64,000 nt of DNA from Candidatus Methylomirabilota bacterium (lineage in GTDB: Bacteria; Methylomirabilota; Methylomirabilia; Rokubacteriales; CSP1-6). The position numbers and the translations under genes were made by a program. This document shows, in pieces, positions 1 to 9,691 of this stretch. The notes below the pieces were generated by a model. The model was not told where the DNA came from and searched no databases. It saw nothing but the letters and a program-made list of their open reading frames with translations. Location: NCBI GenBank assembly GCA_046727155.1, contig JBKPCB010000070.1, positions 40 to 64,039 on the forward strand, written 5' to 3'. The first letter of the stretch is position 1; each line of letters opens with the position of its first letter.

Positions 1-1
1 G

Positions 2-283
2 CTGGCCTACCTTACGCTGAAGGAGTCCGGGCTCGAGCCCATCGGCGTCTTCGCCGCTCAGCCCGACGGCCAGTTCCTCGGCTTCACCGTTCGGCCTGTG
101 GCCGAGCTCGGCGAAGAAGAGTTCGACGCCGTTGTCGTGGCGACCTTCGACCGCCCTGAGGAGCCCGTCGCCCAGCTCTTACGGCTCGGCATCCCACAGT
201 CGAAGTTCCTGACCCTTCGCCGGCTCGCCGGGCCAGCGGCGGGGTCCGAGGCTTCACCCAACTCAAAGGAGAGCAAGGCATGA
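2..283 (+). CDS. C-terminal part of a protein running in from the window edge; probably an EPS-associated MarR/winged-helix regulator with a Rossmann-like C-terminal domain
   Basis: Frame open from position 2: LAYLTLKESGLEPIGVF...EEFDAVVVATFDRPE; its stop overlaps the next ATG (ATGA 280-283). Family call is from memory of similar C-termini. Confidence 0.5.
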   Translation: MAYLTLKESGLEPIGVFAAQPDGQFLGFTVRPVAELGEEEFDAVVVATFDRPEEPVAQLLRLGIPQSKFLTLRRLAGPAAGSEASPNSKESKA

Positions 284-522
284 AGGAGTTTCTCAAAGGC
301 AATTACAAGGTGGACGCCGCGATCAAGGAAAGCGAGGCGGAAGCCGAAGCGGGCGCCACCGAGGCCTTCGAGCGCAAGGCGCTGTCCCGGCTGGGCGGCA
401 GCATCTGCTTCGTGAGCAAGAAGAATTTCCTCTGGGAAGGCGACAAGCAGCAGGGCGAGGTGAAGCCGAAGGCGAGCCGAGCGGATACGAAAGATGGAAC
501 AGCGAAAGCGCGCCAAGACTGA
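280..522 (+). CDS. Small hypothetical protein (80 aa)
   Basis: ATGA overlap with the upstream stop and TGATG overlap with the downstream start; AAGGAG upstream; host-like codons. Confidence 0.7.
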   Translation: MKEFLKGNYKVDAAIKESEAEAEAGATEAFERKALSRLGGSICFVSKKNFLWEGDKQQGEVKPKASRADTKDGTAKARQD

Positions 523-1535
523 TGAACCTCGGGAAGCGGATCGCCAGCGGGCTTAAGGACGCGACTTTCGAGCGCGTCGCCGCGGTGGGGCTGGCCAATG
601 CGGAGCTCAATCGGCCGCGGATCGGCCGGTCGGTGCTCGAGCTCGGCCGGGCCTCTCTCGGCAAGGGCGACGTCGCGCTCGTGGTGGGCGCGGGACCGAG
701 CCTTCAGCGGCGGCGCAGCCTGGAGCGGCTCAAGGCCTCCGGCTTCGCCGGCACCATCGTGGCCGCCGACGGGGCGCTGGGCGCCTGTTTGCGCGCGGGA
801 GTTGTCCCGCACGTGGTCGTGAGCGTCGACCCGCATCCCGAGCGCATCGTCCGCTGGTTCGGCGATCCAGCGCTGACGGCGGCGGGTGCGGACGACTATT
901 TCAGGCGCCAGGAGATGGACCCGACGCACCATGGCGACGAGGTGGCCGCCAACCGCGCCCTCGTGGATCTGGTGGACGCCCACGGCCCGCGGATCAAGGT
1001 CGCCGTCGCCACCTCCGCGGCGCCGGCGGTGGTGGACCGCTGTGAGAAGGCCGGCATGGAGCTCTACTGGTGGAACCCGATGTACGACGACTACGACCGG
1101 CCGGGCAGCGTGTCGCGCCGGCTCTATGAAATGAACGGCCTGCCGTGCCTCAACGGCGGCGGCAATGTGGGCACCGCCGCCTGGGTCCTCGCCCACGCCG
1201 TGCTGAAGAAGCATCGCGTCGGCCTGATCGGCATGGATCTCTCCTACGCACCCGGCACCCCGTACGAGAAAACCCAGTACTACCCGGAGCTGGTGGAGCT
1301 GTTCGGTGACCGCCACACCGAGGCCTTCGTCCATGTCACCAATCCCCATCTCGGGGAGACGTGGTTCAGTGATCCCGCCTACTACTGGTTCCGCGAGGTC
1401 TTCCTCGAAATGGCGGCCGAGGCGACCTGCGAGACCTACAACTGCACCGAGGGCGGCGTGCTCTTCGGCCCGGGCATCGCCACGGTGCGGCTCGAAGAAT
1501 TCCTGGGGACAGGGAAGGACGGCCAGCATGGCTAA
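522..1535 (+). CDS. DUF115 / MAF_flag10 (Maf, MptE-like) family protein
   Basis: Motifs VVGAGPSL, ADGA, VSVDP, GGNVGT, IGMDLSY and YNCTEGG are typical of the family. Confidence 0.75.
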   Translation: MNLGKRIASGLKDATFERVAAVGLANAELNRPRIGRSVLELGRASLGKGDVALVVGAGPSLQRRRSLERLKASGFAGTIVAADGALGACLRAGVVPHVVVSVDPHPERIVRWFGDPALTAAGADDYFRRQEMDPTHHGDEVAANRALVDLVDAHGPRIKVAVATSAAPAVVDRCEKAGMELYWWNPMYDDYDRPGSVSRRLYEMNGLPCLNGGGNVGTAAWVLAHAVLKKHRVGLIGMDLSYAPGTPYEKTQYYPELVELFGDRHTEAFVHVTNPHLGETWFSDPAYYWFREVFLEMAAEATCETYNCTEGGVLFGPGIATVRLEEFLGTGKDGQHG

Positions 1536-3072
1536 GGTGCTCTTCGTCAATCCGCTGATCCGCGAGGAGGACGACCCGCGCCACGTGCCCTACGGCATGG
1601 CCCTGCTCGCTTCCCTGGCCATGCGCGACGGCCACCTCGTTCAGGTCTACGACCACAATGCCTGGCGCGCCCCGGACTCGGTGCTGGCCCAGGTGCTCAA
1701 GGCCGACGCATGGGACGTGATCGCGATCGGTGGCATCACCACCGCCTATCGCTCGATCAAGCACATCACCGCCATGGCCAGTGAGGTCGCGCCCCGGGCC
1801 CTGCGCGTCGCCGGCGGCGGCTTCCTCACCAGCATGCCGCACGACATCATGCGCTTTCTGCCCCAGGTGGACGTGGGAGCGGTGGGCGAAGCGTTCGTTT
1901 CGTTCCTCGAGCTGCTGCGGCGGGTGGACGCCGGCAATCGCGAGTGGGCCGAGGTCAAAGGCCTGATCTGGCGCGACCCCTCGGGCAAGAGCCATCTCAA
2001 CCCGGAGCAGCCGCTGCTCGAGGACCTCGACAGCCTGCCGTATCCCGCGTGGGAGCTGTTCCCGCTCGAGGTGTACTTCAAGAACAGCATGGCGCTCTTC
2101 TCCGAGGAGGGTATGCTGTCGCGCCGCCGGCTGGACATCAATGCCAGCTACGGCTGCTCGCTGATCTGCCGCTTCTGCTTCCACCTGGGCATCTCGGGGG
2201 ACATGAAGCAGGTGGAGAACGCGCAGGGCGAGCCCGACGTGACCTTCACCTACGACCGGAACATCCGCTACCACAGCCCGCGCTATGTGGTGAACCTGGT
2301 CAAGTACGCTCGGGAGCGCTTCGGCGTGGACTTTATCGGCTTCCTCGACGAGAACCTGATGACCATGCACCAGTTCTCGGGCAAAAAGTGGCTCACCGAC
2401 ATCGCCCGGCTGTGGATCGAGGACGGCCTCCAGCCCCAGTGCGTGCGCGACGGTGTGCCCCATGACCCGGAGAAGTGCTCGGGCGTCCACTGGGGCGGCA
2501 CCAGCCACGCCACGCTCTGCTCGCCCGAGGTGCTGCGGGCCATCAAGCAGTCGGGCTGCTCGCACCTGGTCTACGGCTACGAATCATTTTCGGCGCGGGT
2601 GATGAAGACCATCGGCAAGGGCGCCACGCCGGAAACCAACGAGCGCTCGCTCAAGTGGACGCTCGAGGCCGGGATCCGGCCGATTCCGAACCAGATGATG
2701 GGCTTCCCCGACGAGGATTTCGACAGCCTCAAGGACAACGTGCGCGCGTGGAACCGCCTGGGCCTCAACGTCAAGCCGTTCTTTGCGACGCCGTATCCCG
2801 GCACCGAGTGGTACTACGCCAATAAGCAGCGCATCCTCGACCAGTACGGCGGCGATCTCGAGGCCTTCCTGCTCGACGTGGGCGACGCCACCCGGGTGAC
2901 CGCCGTCATCTGCAAGAAATTCAATGCGGTGGAGCTCTACGGACTGCGCGAGCTCATGGTTCTGAGGGACCTCAAGCGCATCGAAGAGTACGAGAACGAG
3001 TGGAAACGGATTCACGCCCATGACACCCCCGCGCCGGCTCCGCCGCCGATCCTCGAGCGGGCCCGCGCGTAA
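1528..3072 (+). CDS. B12-binding radical SAM protein
   Basis: N-terminal cobalamin-binding domain (VNP...PYGMALLA, GG motifs) and CxxxCxxC (CSLICRFC), FLDEN, GYES, PYPGT; ATG at 1528 overlaps the previous gene. Confidence 0.9.
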   Translation: MAKVLFVNPLIREEDDPRHVPYGMALLASLAMRDGHLVQVYDHNAWRAPDSVLAQVLKADAWDVIAIGGITTAYRSIKHITAMASEVAPRALRVAGGGFLTSMPHDIMRFLPQVDVGAVGEAFVSFLELLRRVDAGNREWAEVKGLIWRDPSGKSHLNPEQPLLEDLDSLPYPAWELFPLEVYFKNSMALFSEEGMLSRRRLDINASYGCSLICRFCFHLGISGDMKQVENAQGEPDVTFTYDRNIRYHSPRYVVNLVKYARERFGVDFIGFLDENLMTMHQFSGKKWLTDIARLWIEDGLQPQCVRDGVPHDPEKCSGVHWGGTSHATLCSPEVLRAIKQSGCSHLVYGYESFSARVMKTIGKGATPETNERSLKWTLEAGIRPIPNQMMGFPDEDFDSLKDNVRAWNRLGLNVKPFFATPYPGTEWYYANKQRILDQYGGDLEAFLLDVGDATRVTAVICKKFNAVELYGLRELMVLRDLKRIEEYENEWKRIHAHDTPAPAPPPILERARA

Positions 3073-3087
3073 GAAGAAAGGATTCCC

Positions 3088-4071
3088 GTGAAACTCGCCA
3101 TCATCGGACTCGGCAGCATCGGCCGGCGCCACCTCGGCAACTTCAGCGCGATTGGGGTGGAAAGCCTCAGCGGATTCGACGCCGCGCAAGCCCAACGGGA
3201 GGCGGCCGCCAAGGACTTCCCGTTTGCCGCGATCGCCTCCAGCGTGGAGGCGGCGCTCGACGGCGCCGACGCAGCGGTAATCTGCACCCCGCCGGATTCC
3301 CACGTGACGCTCGGGCGCCAGGCCGCCGAGCGAGGTGCCCACCTGATGGTGGAAAAGCCCTTCGCCCAATCGGTCGAAGGCGTCGAGGAGCTCCTCAAGC
3401 TCTGCGATGCGAAAGGCCTCAAGGTGCTGACCGCCTATAACTGGCGTTACTGGCCGCCCATGCTCCTGGTCGAGAAGCTGATCAAGGACGGCCGAATCGG
3501 ACCCATCCGTGCGGCCCGCACCGAATACGCCTACCACCTGACCATCCGCTATCCCGGCAAGGACTACCGGCAGTTCTACATGGCCGACGTCAAGCAGGGC
3601 GGAGGCTGCGTGCTCGACGAGAGCCACGCCATCGATTACATGCGCTGGCTCTGCGGGGAGATCGCCGAAGTGAGCGCGGTCGTCGAGCGGGTCTCGAGCC
3701 TCGAGATCACCACCGACGACATCGCCGATCTCACGGTGCGCTTTGCCTCGGGCACCATAGGCAATATCCACATGAATCTCTTCGCCTGGAATATGCACAG
3801 CCACTTCGAGCTGATGGGCGAGGCGGGCGTGATCCAGTGGCGCCGGTTCGACAACGAGATCCGGCTCTTCGATCCCAAGGCCAACCGCTGGGAGATCTAT
3901 CCGTTCTCCTGCCAGCTCAACGACATGTACGTCGAGGAAGCCAAGCACTTCCTGGCGTGTGTCCGCGGCGAGGCCACTCCCAGGTGCGACGGCTGGGACG
4001 GGCTGAAGACCATGCGCGTGATCGAGGCGGCCCAGAAGGCGTCCGCGGAGAAGCGCTGGGTGCGGGTGTAG
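3088..4071 (+). CDS. Gfo/Idh/MocA family oxidoreductase (PtmF/ElaA-like)
   Basis: IIGLGSIG Rossmann motif, ICTP..SH, MVEKP, GGG..LDESHAID. Confidence 0.9.
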   Translation: MKLAIIGLGSIGRRHLGNFSAIGVESLSGFDAAQAQREAAAKDFPFAAIASSVEAALDGADAAVICTPPDSHVTLGRQAAERGAHLMVEKPFAQSVEGVEELLKLCDAKGLKVLTAYNWRYWPPMLLVEKLIKDGRIGPIRAARTEYAYHLTIRYPGKDYRQFYMADVKQGGGCVLDESHAIDYMRWLCGEIAEVSAVVERVSSLEITTDDIADLTVRFASGTIGNIHMNLFAWNMHSHFELMGEAGVIQWRRFDNEIRLFDPKANRWEIYPFSCQLNDMYVEEAKHFLACVRGEATPRCDGWDGLKTMRVIEAAQKASAEKRWVRV

Positions 4072-4160
4072 TGCGAGCCGAGGCACGGCCGACGAGCCGC
4101 GGGCGAGGAGCGTGACGAGGTGAGCGGTGAAATGGTTCGAAAAATGCGAGCCGAGCGAGC

Positions 4161-4916
4161 GTGAGCGTGGCGAGTTCGCCCTACGCTTTCGGGATCATCC
4201 CAGCGCGCGGCGGCTCCAAGGGGCTGCCGGGGAAGAACCTGCGCCGGCTGGGCGCGCTGAGCCTCATCGGCCACGCCGTGGCCTCGGCGCGCGAAGCCCG
4301 GCTCCTCAATCGCTTCATCGTTTCCACGGACAGTCCCGAGATCGCCGAGGAAGCCCGGCGTCACGGCGCTGAGGTGCCCTTCGTGCGCCCCGCCGAGCTG
4401 GCCAGCGACCAGGCGGGGATGCTCGGCGTGCTCCAGCATGCCGTGCGCTGGCTCGAGAGCGCGGCGGGGGTCAGGCCCGATCTCGTGGTGACGCTCCAGC
4501 CCACCTCGCCATTTCGCGTGGGCGCCGACATCGACAGGACCATCGAGAAGGTGAGTGCCACCGGCGCCGATTCGGGCCAGACCCTCTGCGAGGCCTCGTA
4601 CCACCCGTTCTTCATGAAGACGCTGGAGGGGGACCGCACCGTGGCCCTCTTCCCCGACGGGCATAAGTACGTGCGACGTCAGGACGCGCCCGCCGTCTAT
4701 CAGCCCTCCGGCGCAGTCTACGTCACGCGCTATCACGTGCTGATGGAGCAGGGGCATATCCTCGGCGACGACAACCGCGGCGTGGTGATGGGGTTCGAGG
4801 CATCGGCCAATATCGACACCGAGTGGGACTTCATGCTGGCCGAGCTCATCCTCCGCGAGGGGCGGGCGCCTATCCCTCCCGCCCGGGTGATGCCGTGGCA
4901 GCCCGCCGACTCCTGA
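4161..4916 (+). CDS. neuA: Acylneuraminate (nonulosonate) cytidylyltransferase
   Basis: IIPARGGSKGLPGKN, VSTDS, LQPTSPFR, NIDT..DF. Confidence 0.92.
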   Translation: MSVASSPYAFGIIPARGGSKGLPGKNLRRLGALSLIGHAVASAREARLLNRFIVSTDSPEIAEEARRHGAEVPFVRPAELASDQAGMLGVLQHAVRWLESAAGVRPDLVVTLQPTSPFRVGADIDRTIEKVSATGADSGQTLCEASYHPFFMKTLEGDRTVALFPDGHKYVRRQDAPAVYQPSGAVYVTRYHVLMEQGHILGDDNRGVVMGFEASANIDTEWDFMLAELILREGRAPIPPARVMPWQPADS

Positions 4917-5500
4917 TCCTGGGCGCCGGCGGTCACGCGCGCGCCGTCGCCGACGTTGCGGCCGAGTGCGGCTGGACCGTGGCGGGCTTCACCGATCGGC
5001 CGGGCGGAGCTGCCCGACCCGACGTGCTGGGCGACGATACCCAGGTCGCCGAACTGGTCCGCTCTGGCAAAGCTGACGCGGCCGTCGTGGGTGTTGGCAA
5101 TACGGCGCTCGGCCGTAGAGTTGAGCTGTTCGAGATCCTCAGGAAAGCCGATGCGGTCATTCCCAGCCTCGTCCATCCGCGGGCCATTGTGTCGCGGAGC
5201 TGTGCGATCGGCGACGGAGCGGTGGTCTTCGCGGGGGTCGTTCTGGGCGCTGGCGTCACGGTCGGGGAGAATGCGGTGCTCTACAGCAATGCCGTCGCCG
5301 AGCACGATTGCCGCATCGCCGCCCATGCCTACCTCTCGCCCGGCGTCATTCTCTGCGGCGGCGTGACGGTGGAAACCCTGGCCTTCATTGGGGCCGGCGC
5401 CGTAATTCTGCCGGGAGTCACGGTCGGGACACGCGCCATGGTCAGGGCCCGCGATCTGATCCGGAGCGATGTGCGCGTGGGAGGCAAACGCGAGTCGTGA
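4895..5500 (+). CDS. neuD: NeuD/PglD-type sugar acetyltransferase (hexapeptide repeats)
   Basis: LILGAGGHARAV, VGVGN, LVHP, VAEHDC, FIGAGAVILPG; GTG start at 4895. Confidence 0.85.
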   Translation: MAARRLLILGAGGHARAVADVAAECGWTVAGFTDRPGGAARPDVLGDDTQVAELVRSGKADAAVVGVGNTALGRRVELFEILRKADAVIPSLVHPRAIVSRSCAIGDGAVVFAGVVLGAGVTVGENAVLYSNAVAEHDCRIAAHAYLSPGVILCGGVTVETLAFIGAGAVILPGVTVGTRAMVRARDLIRSDVRVGGKRES

Positions 5501-7461
5501 GTCGCATCCTCCTCGTTGGCCAGTCCACTCGCGGCTACGGCGAGTTCCGCCGGCCCTGGGTGCGGGCGCTCTACCGGCGCTACGTCGCGCGCTATCGGCG
5601 CCGCCTCGTCGAGGCCGCGGTTCGGCTCGCGCCGGCTGGCGAGCTGACGGTGCTCGCGGCGCGGGAGCTGGTGGACGATCCGCGGCTGCCCGCCGGGACG
5701 CGCGTCTGTTACTACGACGAGGAGTCCTTCAAGGTCGACTCCGGCGAGCTGGCGCGGCTCACCCGTCGATTCACGACCGATTGGTGGCCTGCGGAGGCCG
5801 AGGCGCCGGAGCTGCTCCACCGCGGCGTCTGGCTGCCGGACGTCATCGCCGTGGTCCGCGGGATCGTGCTGCGCTCGGAGGTTATCGAGCCGCTCGGGAT
5901 CGCCGAGCGAGTGTGGCAAGACGCCAAGCCGGCCCGCCTGGTGCTGCTCACCGGCACCTCGATGCTGGAGCGGCTCTGCCGGCTGCTGGCCGAGCGCGAA
6001 CGGGTGCCCATCGAGGTGGCCGCGCCCGGCTTCGCCGCCGCCCACGCCTATGGATGGATCGCGCGGGCGCTCCAGCCGCGGGAGGAGCGGCTGAGGCTCC
6101 GCGAATTCCTCTCCTTTCCCCGTAGCGCGGTGCGGACCGGCGCGGCTGATGGCGCGCGGCGGATCCTGTTCGTCACGTGCCGCCCCCGCCATCATTTCGT
6201 CGTCGACCCGCTGACCACGGCGGTTCGAGCCACGGGAGGCGAGCCCCGTGTTATCGCCACGCCGGCGCGCGATGCGGAGCTGGCCTCGCGGCTCGAGGCG
6301 CTCGGAAAAAGCGGCGTGGCGTGCGATTACCTATCCGATTATCTGCCGCGCGCCGACGCGCTGGCGCTCGTGCGGCGCTACCGGCCGGCGCTCCGCGATC
6401 TATGGCGCAGGGTCGAGCGACGGCCGGAGTTCGCGCGAACTCTCGAACGCAACGGGCTGCCGCTGGCCGCCGTCACGCGGCCGATTCTCAGGGATTCGGT
6501 GGAGCGCACCCTGCTGGTGGCCCTCCTCTTCCAGGAGGCCGCTTTCCGCGCGCTGGACGCGCTGGCCCCCACCGCCGTGGTCGTGACCAGCAACCGGCGT
6601 TACGCGGAGCGGGCCCTCGTGCTGGCCGCCAAAGTGCGGAAGATCCCGTGCCTGCTCTTTTCCGGCACCCTCGTCATGGGCCGCGACCGGGCGGAGCTCT
6701 TCGACATCGGCGACCGGATGGTCGTCATCGGCGAGCACCTCAAGGAGCGCCTCGTCGCCGAGCAAGGCGTCGCGGCGTCGCTCATCTCGGTCGTGGGAGA
6801 TCCGCGCTCCAATGCGGCGCGGCTGATCCCGCCCACCGACCTCCGGCATCAGGTCTTCGCCGACTTCGGCCTGGCGCCGGGGAAGCCGCTTCTGGTGTTT
6901 CTCTCCAAGTATGTGTCGCTGCTCTTTTCGTCGCAGGAGAAGGAAGCCTACTACCGGACGATGATCGGCGCCTTGCCCGCTCTCGGACATCCCAACGTGG
7001 TGGTGAAGGTGCACCCCAATGAGAATCTGAGCCTGCTGAGCGAGCAGGTGAGGCGGTGGGGCTGGCCCGAGGCGATCCTGACCAAGGAGTACGACATCCA
7101 CCGCCTCTTGGCCGTGGCCGACGCCGCCGTGATGGTTACCTCCATGGCGGGCCTCGAAGCCATGGCCCTCGACTGCCCGGTGGTCTCGGTGCAGGCGGCG
7201 GGGAAGGACTACGAGGGCGAGTTCATGCCGCCCTATGTCAGTGAAGGCGTCGTGCAGCGGGTTGACATGGAGGACTCCGCGGCGCTGGCTGCGGCGCTGA
7301 AGCGACTCACCGGCGATCCCGACCGCCGCCAGGCCGTGGTCGAGCGCGGGCGAAAGTTCGCCGCCCGCTACGTCCACCCGGTGGACGGCGGCCTCGGCGA
7401 GCGGCTCCTCTCGGTGGTCGACGAGGTCCGCGGCGAGCTCGCGGGAGGCCGCACGCGATGA
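5497..7461 (+). CDS. 654-aa protein with a C-terminal GT-B-like domain; candidate nonulosonate transferase
   Basis: C-terminal VGDPR, VKVHPNE, ADAAVMVTSMAGLEA motifs resemble GT-B/epimerase/glycerophosphotransferase folds; GTGA and ATGA overlaps at both ends. Confidence 0.6.
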   Translation: MSRILLVGQSTRGYGEFRRPWVRALYRRYVARYRRRLVEAAVRLAPAGELTVLAARELVDDPRLPAGTRVCYYDEESFKVDSGELARLTRRFTTDWWPAEAEAPELLHRGVWLPDVIAVVRGIVLRSEVIEPLGIAERVWQDAKPARLVLLTGTSMLERLCRLLAERERVPIEVAAPGFAAAHAYGWIARALQPREERLRLREFLSFPRSAVRTGAADGARRILFVTCRPRHHFVVDPLTTAVRATGGEPRVIATPARDAELASRLEALGKSGVACDYLSDYLPRADALALVRRYRPALRDLWRRVERRPEFARTLERNGLPLAAVTRPILRDSVERTLLVALLFQEAAFRALDALAPTAVVVTSNRRYAERALVLAAKVRKIPCLLFSGTLVMGRDRAELFDIGDRMVVIGEHLKERLVAEQGVAASLISVVGDPRSNAARLIPPTDLRHQVFADFGLAPGKPLLVFLSKYVSLLFSSQEKEAYYRTMIGALPALGHPNVVVKVHPNENLSLLSEQVRRWGWPEAILTKEYDIHRLLAVADAAVMVTSMAGLEAMALDCPVVSVQAAGKDYEGEFMPPYVSEGVVQRVDMEDSAALAAALKRLTGDPDRRQAVVERGRKFAARYVHPVDGGLGERLLSVVDEVRGELAGGRTR

Positions 7462-8519
7462 GTCCGCGCGCGTTCACGGTGGCGGGGCGCGCGATCGGTG
7501 ACGGCGCGCCCGTCTTCATCGTGGCCGAGGCCGGCGTCAACCACAACGGCGACATGTCGCTGGCCCGCCGGCTGGTGGAGGCGGCGGCCGATGCCGGCGC
7601 CGACGCGGTGAAGTTCCAGACCTTCAGCACCGATGCTTTGGTGAGCCGGGAGGCGCCCAAGGCGACATACCAGCGCGAGAGCACCGGGGACGGCGAAAGC
7701 CAGCGCGACATGCTGGCCCGTCTCGAGCTCACCGCGGACCAGCATGCGGAGCTCCAGCAGCGGTGCGGCAAGCGGGGCCTCGTCTTCTTCTCCGCGCCCT
7801 TCGACGAGCGGGCCGCGGACGCCCTCGAGTCACTCGACGTTCCGCTCTTCAAGATCCCGTCGGGCGAGATCACCAACCTGCCGCTCCTCCGCCACATTTC
7901 CGCCAAGGGACGTCCCGTCATCCTCTCCACCGGCATGTCCACGGTCGACGAGGTCGAGACCGCCGTGGCGGCCATCCGCGATTCGGGCGACCCGCCGCTC
8001 GCGCTCCTTCACTGCCTCTCCGCCTACCCGGCTCCCGCGGCCGAGGTGAACCTGCGAGCCATGGACGTCCTGCGCCAGCGATTCGGCGTCCCGGTCGGGC
8101 TTTCGGATCACACGCTCGGGATCGAGGTCGCGGTGGCCGCGGTGGCGCGCGGCGCGCGCATTGTCGAGAAGCACCTGACTCTGGACAAGACGCTGCCGGG
8201 GCCCGACCACCGCGCGTCGCTCGATCCCGCGGAGTTCGGTGCGCTCGTCAGCGCGATCCGCTCGGTTGAGTCCGCCCTCGGCGACGGCGAGAAGCGCCCG
8301 ATGCCTTCCGAGATGGACACGCGCCGGGTGGCGCGGAAGAGCCTCGTCGCGGCGCGGGCGATTCGCGCCGGCGAGCGGCTCACGGCCGAGATGATCCGCG
8401 TCAAGCGACCCGGCACCGGCATCCCGCCAGCCGAGTTGGAGCGCGCTCTGGGCCGCCCGGTCAAGCGTGCCCTGGCCGCCGACCAGGTGATCGGCTGGGA
8501 GGATCTGGCAGAGCGATGA
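7458..8519 (+). CDS. neuB: Nonulosonic acid synthase with C-terminal SAF domain
   Basis: IVAEAGVNHNG, AVKFQT, KIPSGEITN, LSTGMS, LHCLSAYP, GLSDHT, EKHLT, KRPGTGI. Confidence 0.95.
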   Translation: MSPRAFTVAGRAIGDGAPVFIVAEAGVNHNGDMSLARRLVEAAADAGADAVKFQTFSTDALVSREAPKATYQRESTGDGESQRDMLARLELTADQHAELQQRCGKRGLVFFSAPFDERAADALESLDVPLFKIPSGEITNLPLLRHISAKGRPVILSTGMSTVDEVETAVAAIRDSGDPPLALLHCLSAYPAPAAEVNLRAMDVLRQRFGVPVGLSDHTLGIEVAVAAVARGARIVEKHLTLDKTLPGPDHRASLDPAEFGALVSAIRSVESALGDGEKRPMPSEMDTRRVARKSLVAARAIRAGERLTAEMIRVKRPGTGIPPAELERALGRPVKRALAADQVIGWEDLAER

Positions 8520-9691
8520 GCGCCGCCATGCGAAGCGTCGCTGCCGTCACGGTGAGCCGCTCGGACTGGGGGCACCTGCGCCCCGTCCTCGAGGCCATCC
8601 GCTCCAGGCCGGGGCTTTCGCTTCAGCTCTATGTGGCGGGGATGCATCTCGAGCCCGACTTCGGTCTCACAGTCCGGGACATCGAGCGAGACGGCTGGCC
8701 CATCGCGTCGCGGATCCCGATGCTCGAAACCGACGATTCGCCATCGGGAGTGGCGGCCTCCACGGGGAAGGGGATCGAGGGCTTCGCGCGCGCGTATGCC
8801 GAGACGCGACCCGACCTCGTGGTCGTCCTGGGCGATCGCTTCGAAATGCTGGCGGCCGGCGTCGCGGCCCTTCCCTTCGCGCTCCCCGTGGCTCACATCC
8901 ATGGCGGCGAGGAGACGGAAGGCGCGATGGACAATCAGATCCGTCACGCCATCACCAAGCTCGCCCATATCCATTTCGCCTCTGCCGATCTCCACGCCCG
9001 GCGGATAGCCCAAATGGGGGAGGAGGCATGGCGCATCCACACGGTGGGCGCCCCGGGCCTCGACCGACTGAGCGTGGCGACCTACCGCTCGCGCGAGGCG
9101 CTTGCAGGATCGCTCCGCCTCGACGCCGAGGCGAAGTGGCTCCTGGTCACCTTCCATCCGGTAACGCTCGAGTACCGGGATACCGCGGCGCATGTCACCG
9201 AGCTCCTGGCCACCCTCGAGAAAGCCGACGCCCAGATCGTGATGACCTATCCGAATGCAGACACGGCGGGCCGGCTCATCATCGAGCGTATCGAGGATTT
9301 CGCCTCCCGGCACCCGCGGGTGACGCTGGCCCGCTCGCTCGGGGACGAGACCTACCTCTCGCTGCTCAAGCACGCCGACGCCATGGTGGGCAATTCCTCG
9401 AGCGGCCTCATCGAGGCGCCGTCCTTCGGCCTGCCGGTGGTGAATATCGGAAACCGTCAGCGCGGCAGGCTGCGCGGGGCCAATGTCATCGACGTGGGCT
9501 ATGGCCGCGAGGACATCCTGCGGGGGCTCGAGCGGGCGCTGGAGCCCGGCTTCCGCGCCACGCTCAAAGGCATGGCCAATCCCTATGGCGATGGCCGGGC
9601 CGCGCCGCGGATCGCCGAGGTGCTTCGCACTGTCCCACTCGACGCGCGACTGATCCAGAAGCGCTTTGCCGAGGGGAGCGTGTCAGCATGA
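8516..9691 (+). CDS. neuC: Hydrolysing NDP-N-acetylglucosamine 2-epimerase (NeuC/LegG)
   Basis: VTVSRSDWG, LGDRFEML, HIHGGEET, IRHAITKL, TFHP, VGNSSSG, NIGNRQ, YGDG. Confidence 0.93.
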   Translation: MSAAMRSVAAVTVSRSDWGHLRPVLEAIRSRPGLSLQLYVAGMHLEPDFGLTVRDIERDGWPIASRIPMLETDDSPSGVAASTGKGIEGFARAYAETRPDLVVVLGDRFEMLAAGVAALPFALPVAHIHGGEETEGAMDNQIRHAITKLAHIHFASADLHARRIAQMGEEAWRIHTVGAPGLDRLSVATYRSREALAGSLRLDAEAKWLLVTFHPVTLEYRDTAAHVTELLATLEKADAQIVMTYPNADTAGRLIIERIEDFASRHPRVTLARSLGDETYLSLLKHADAMVGNSSSGLIEAPSFGLPVVNIGNRQRGRLRGANVIDVGYGREDILRGLERALEPGFRATLKGMANPYGDGRAAPRIAEVLRTVPLDARLIQKRFAEGSVSA

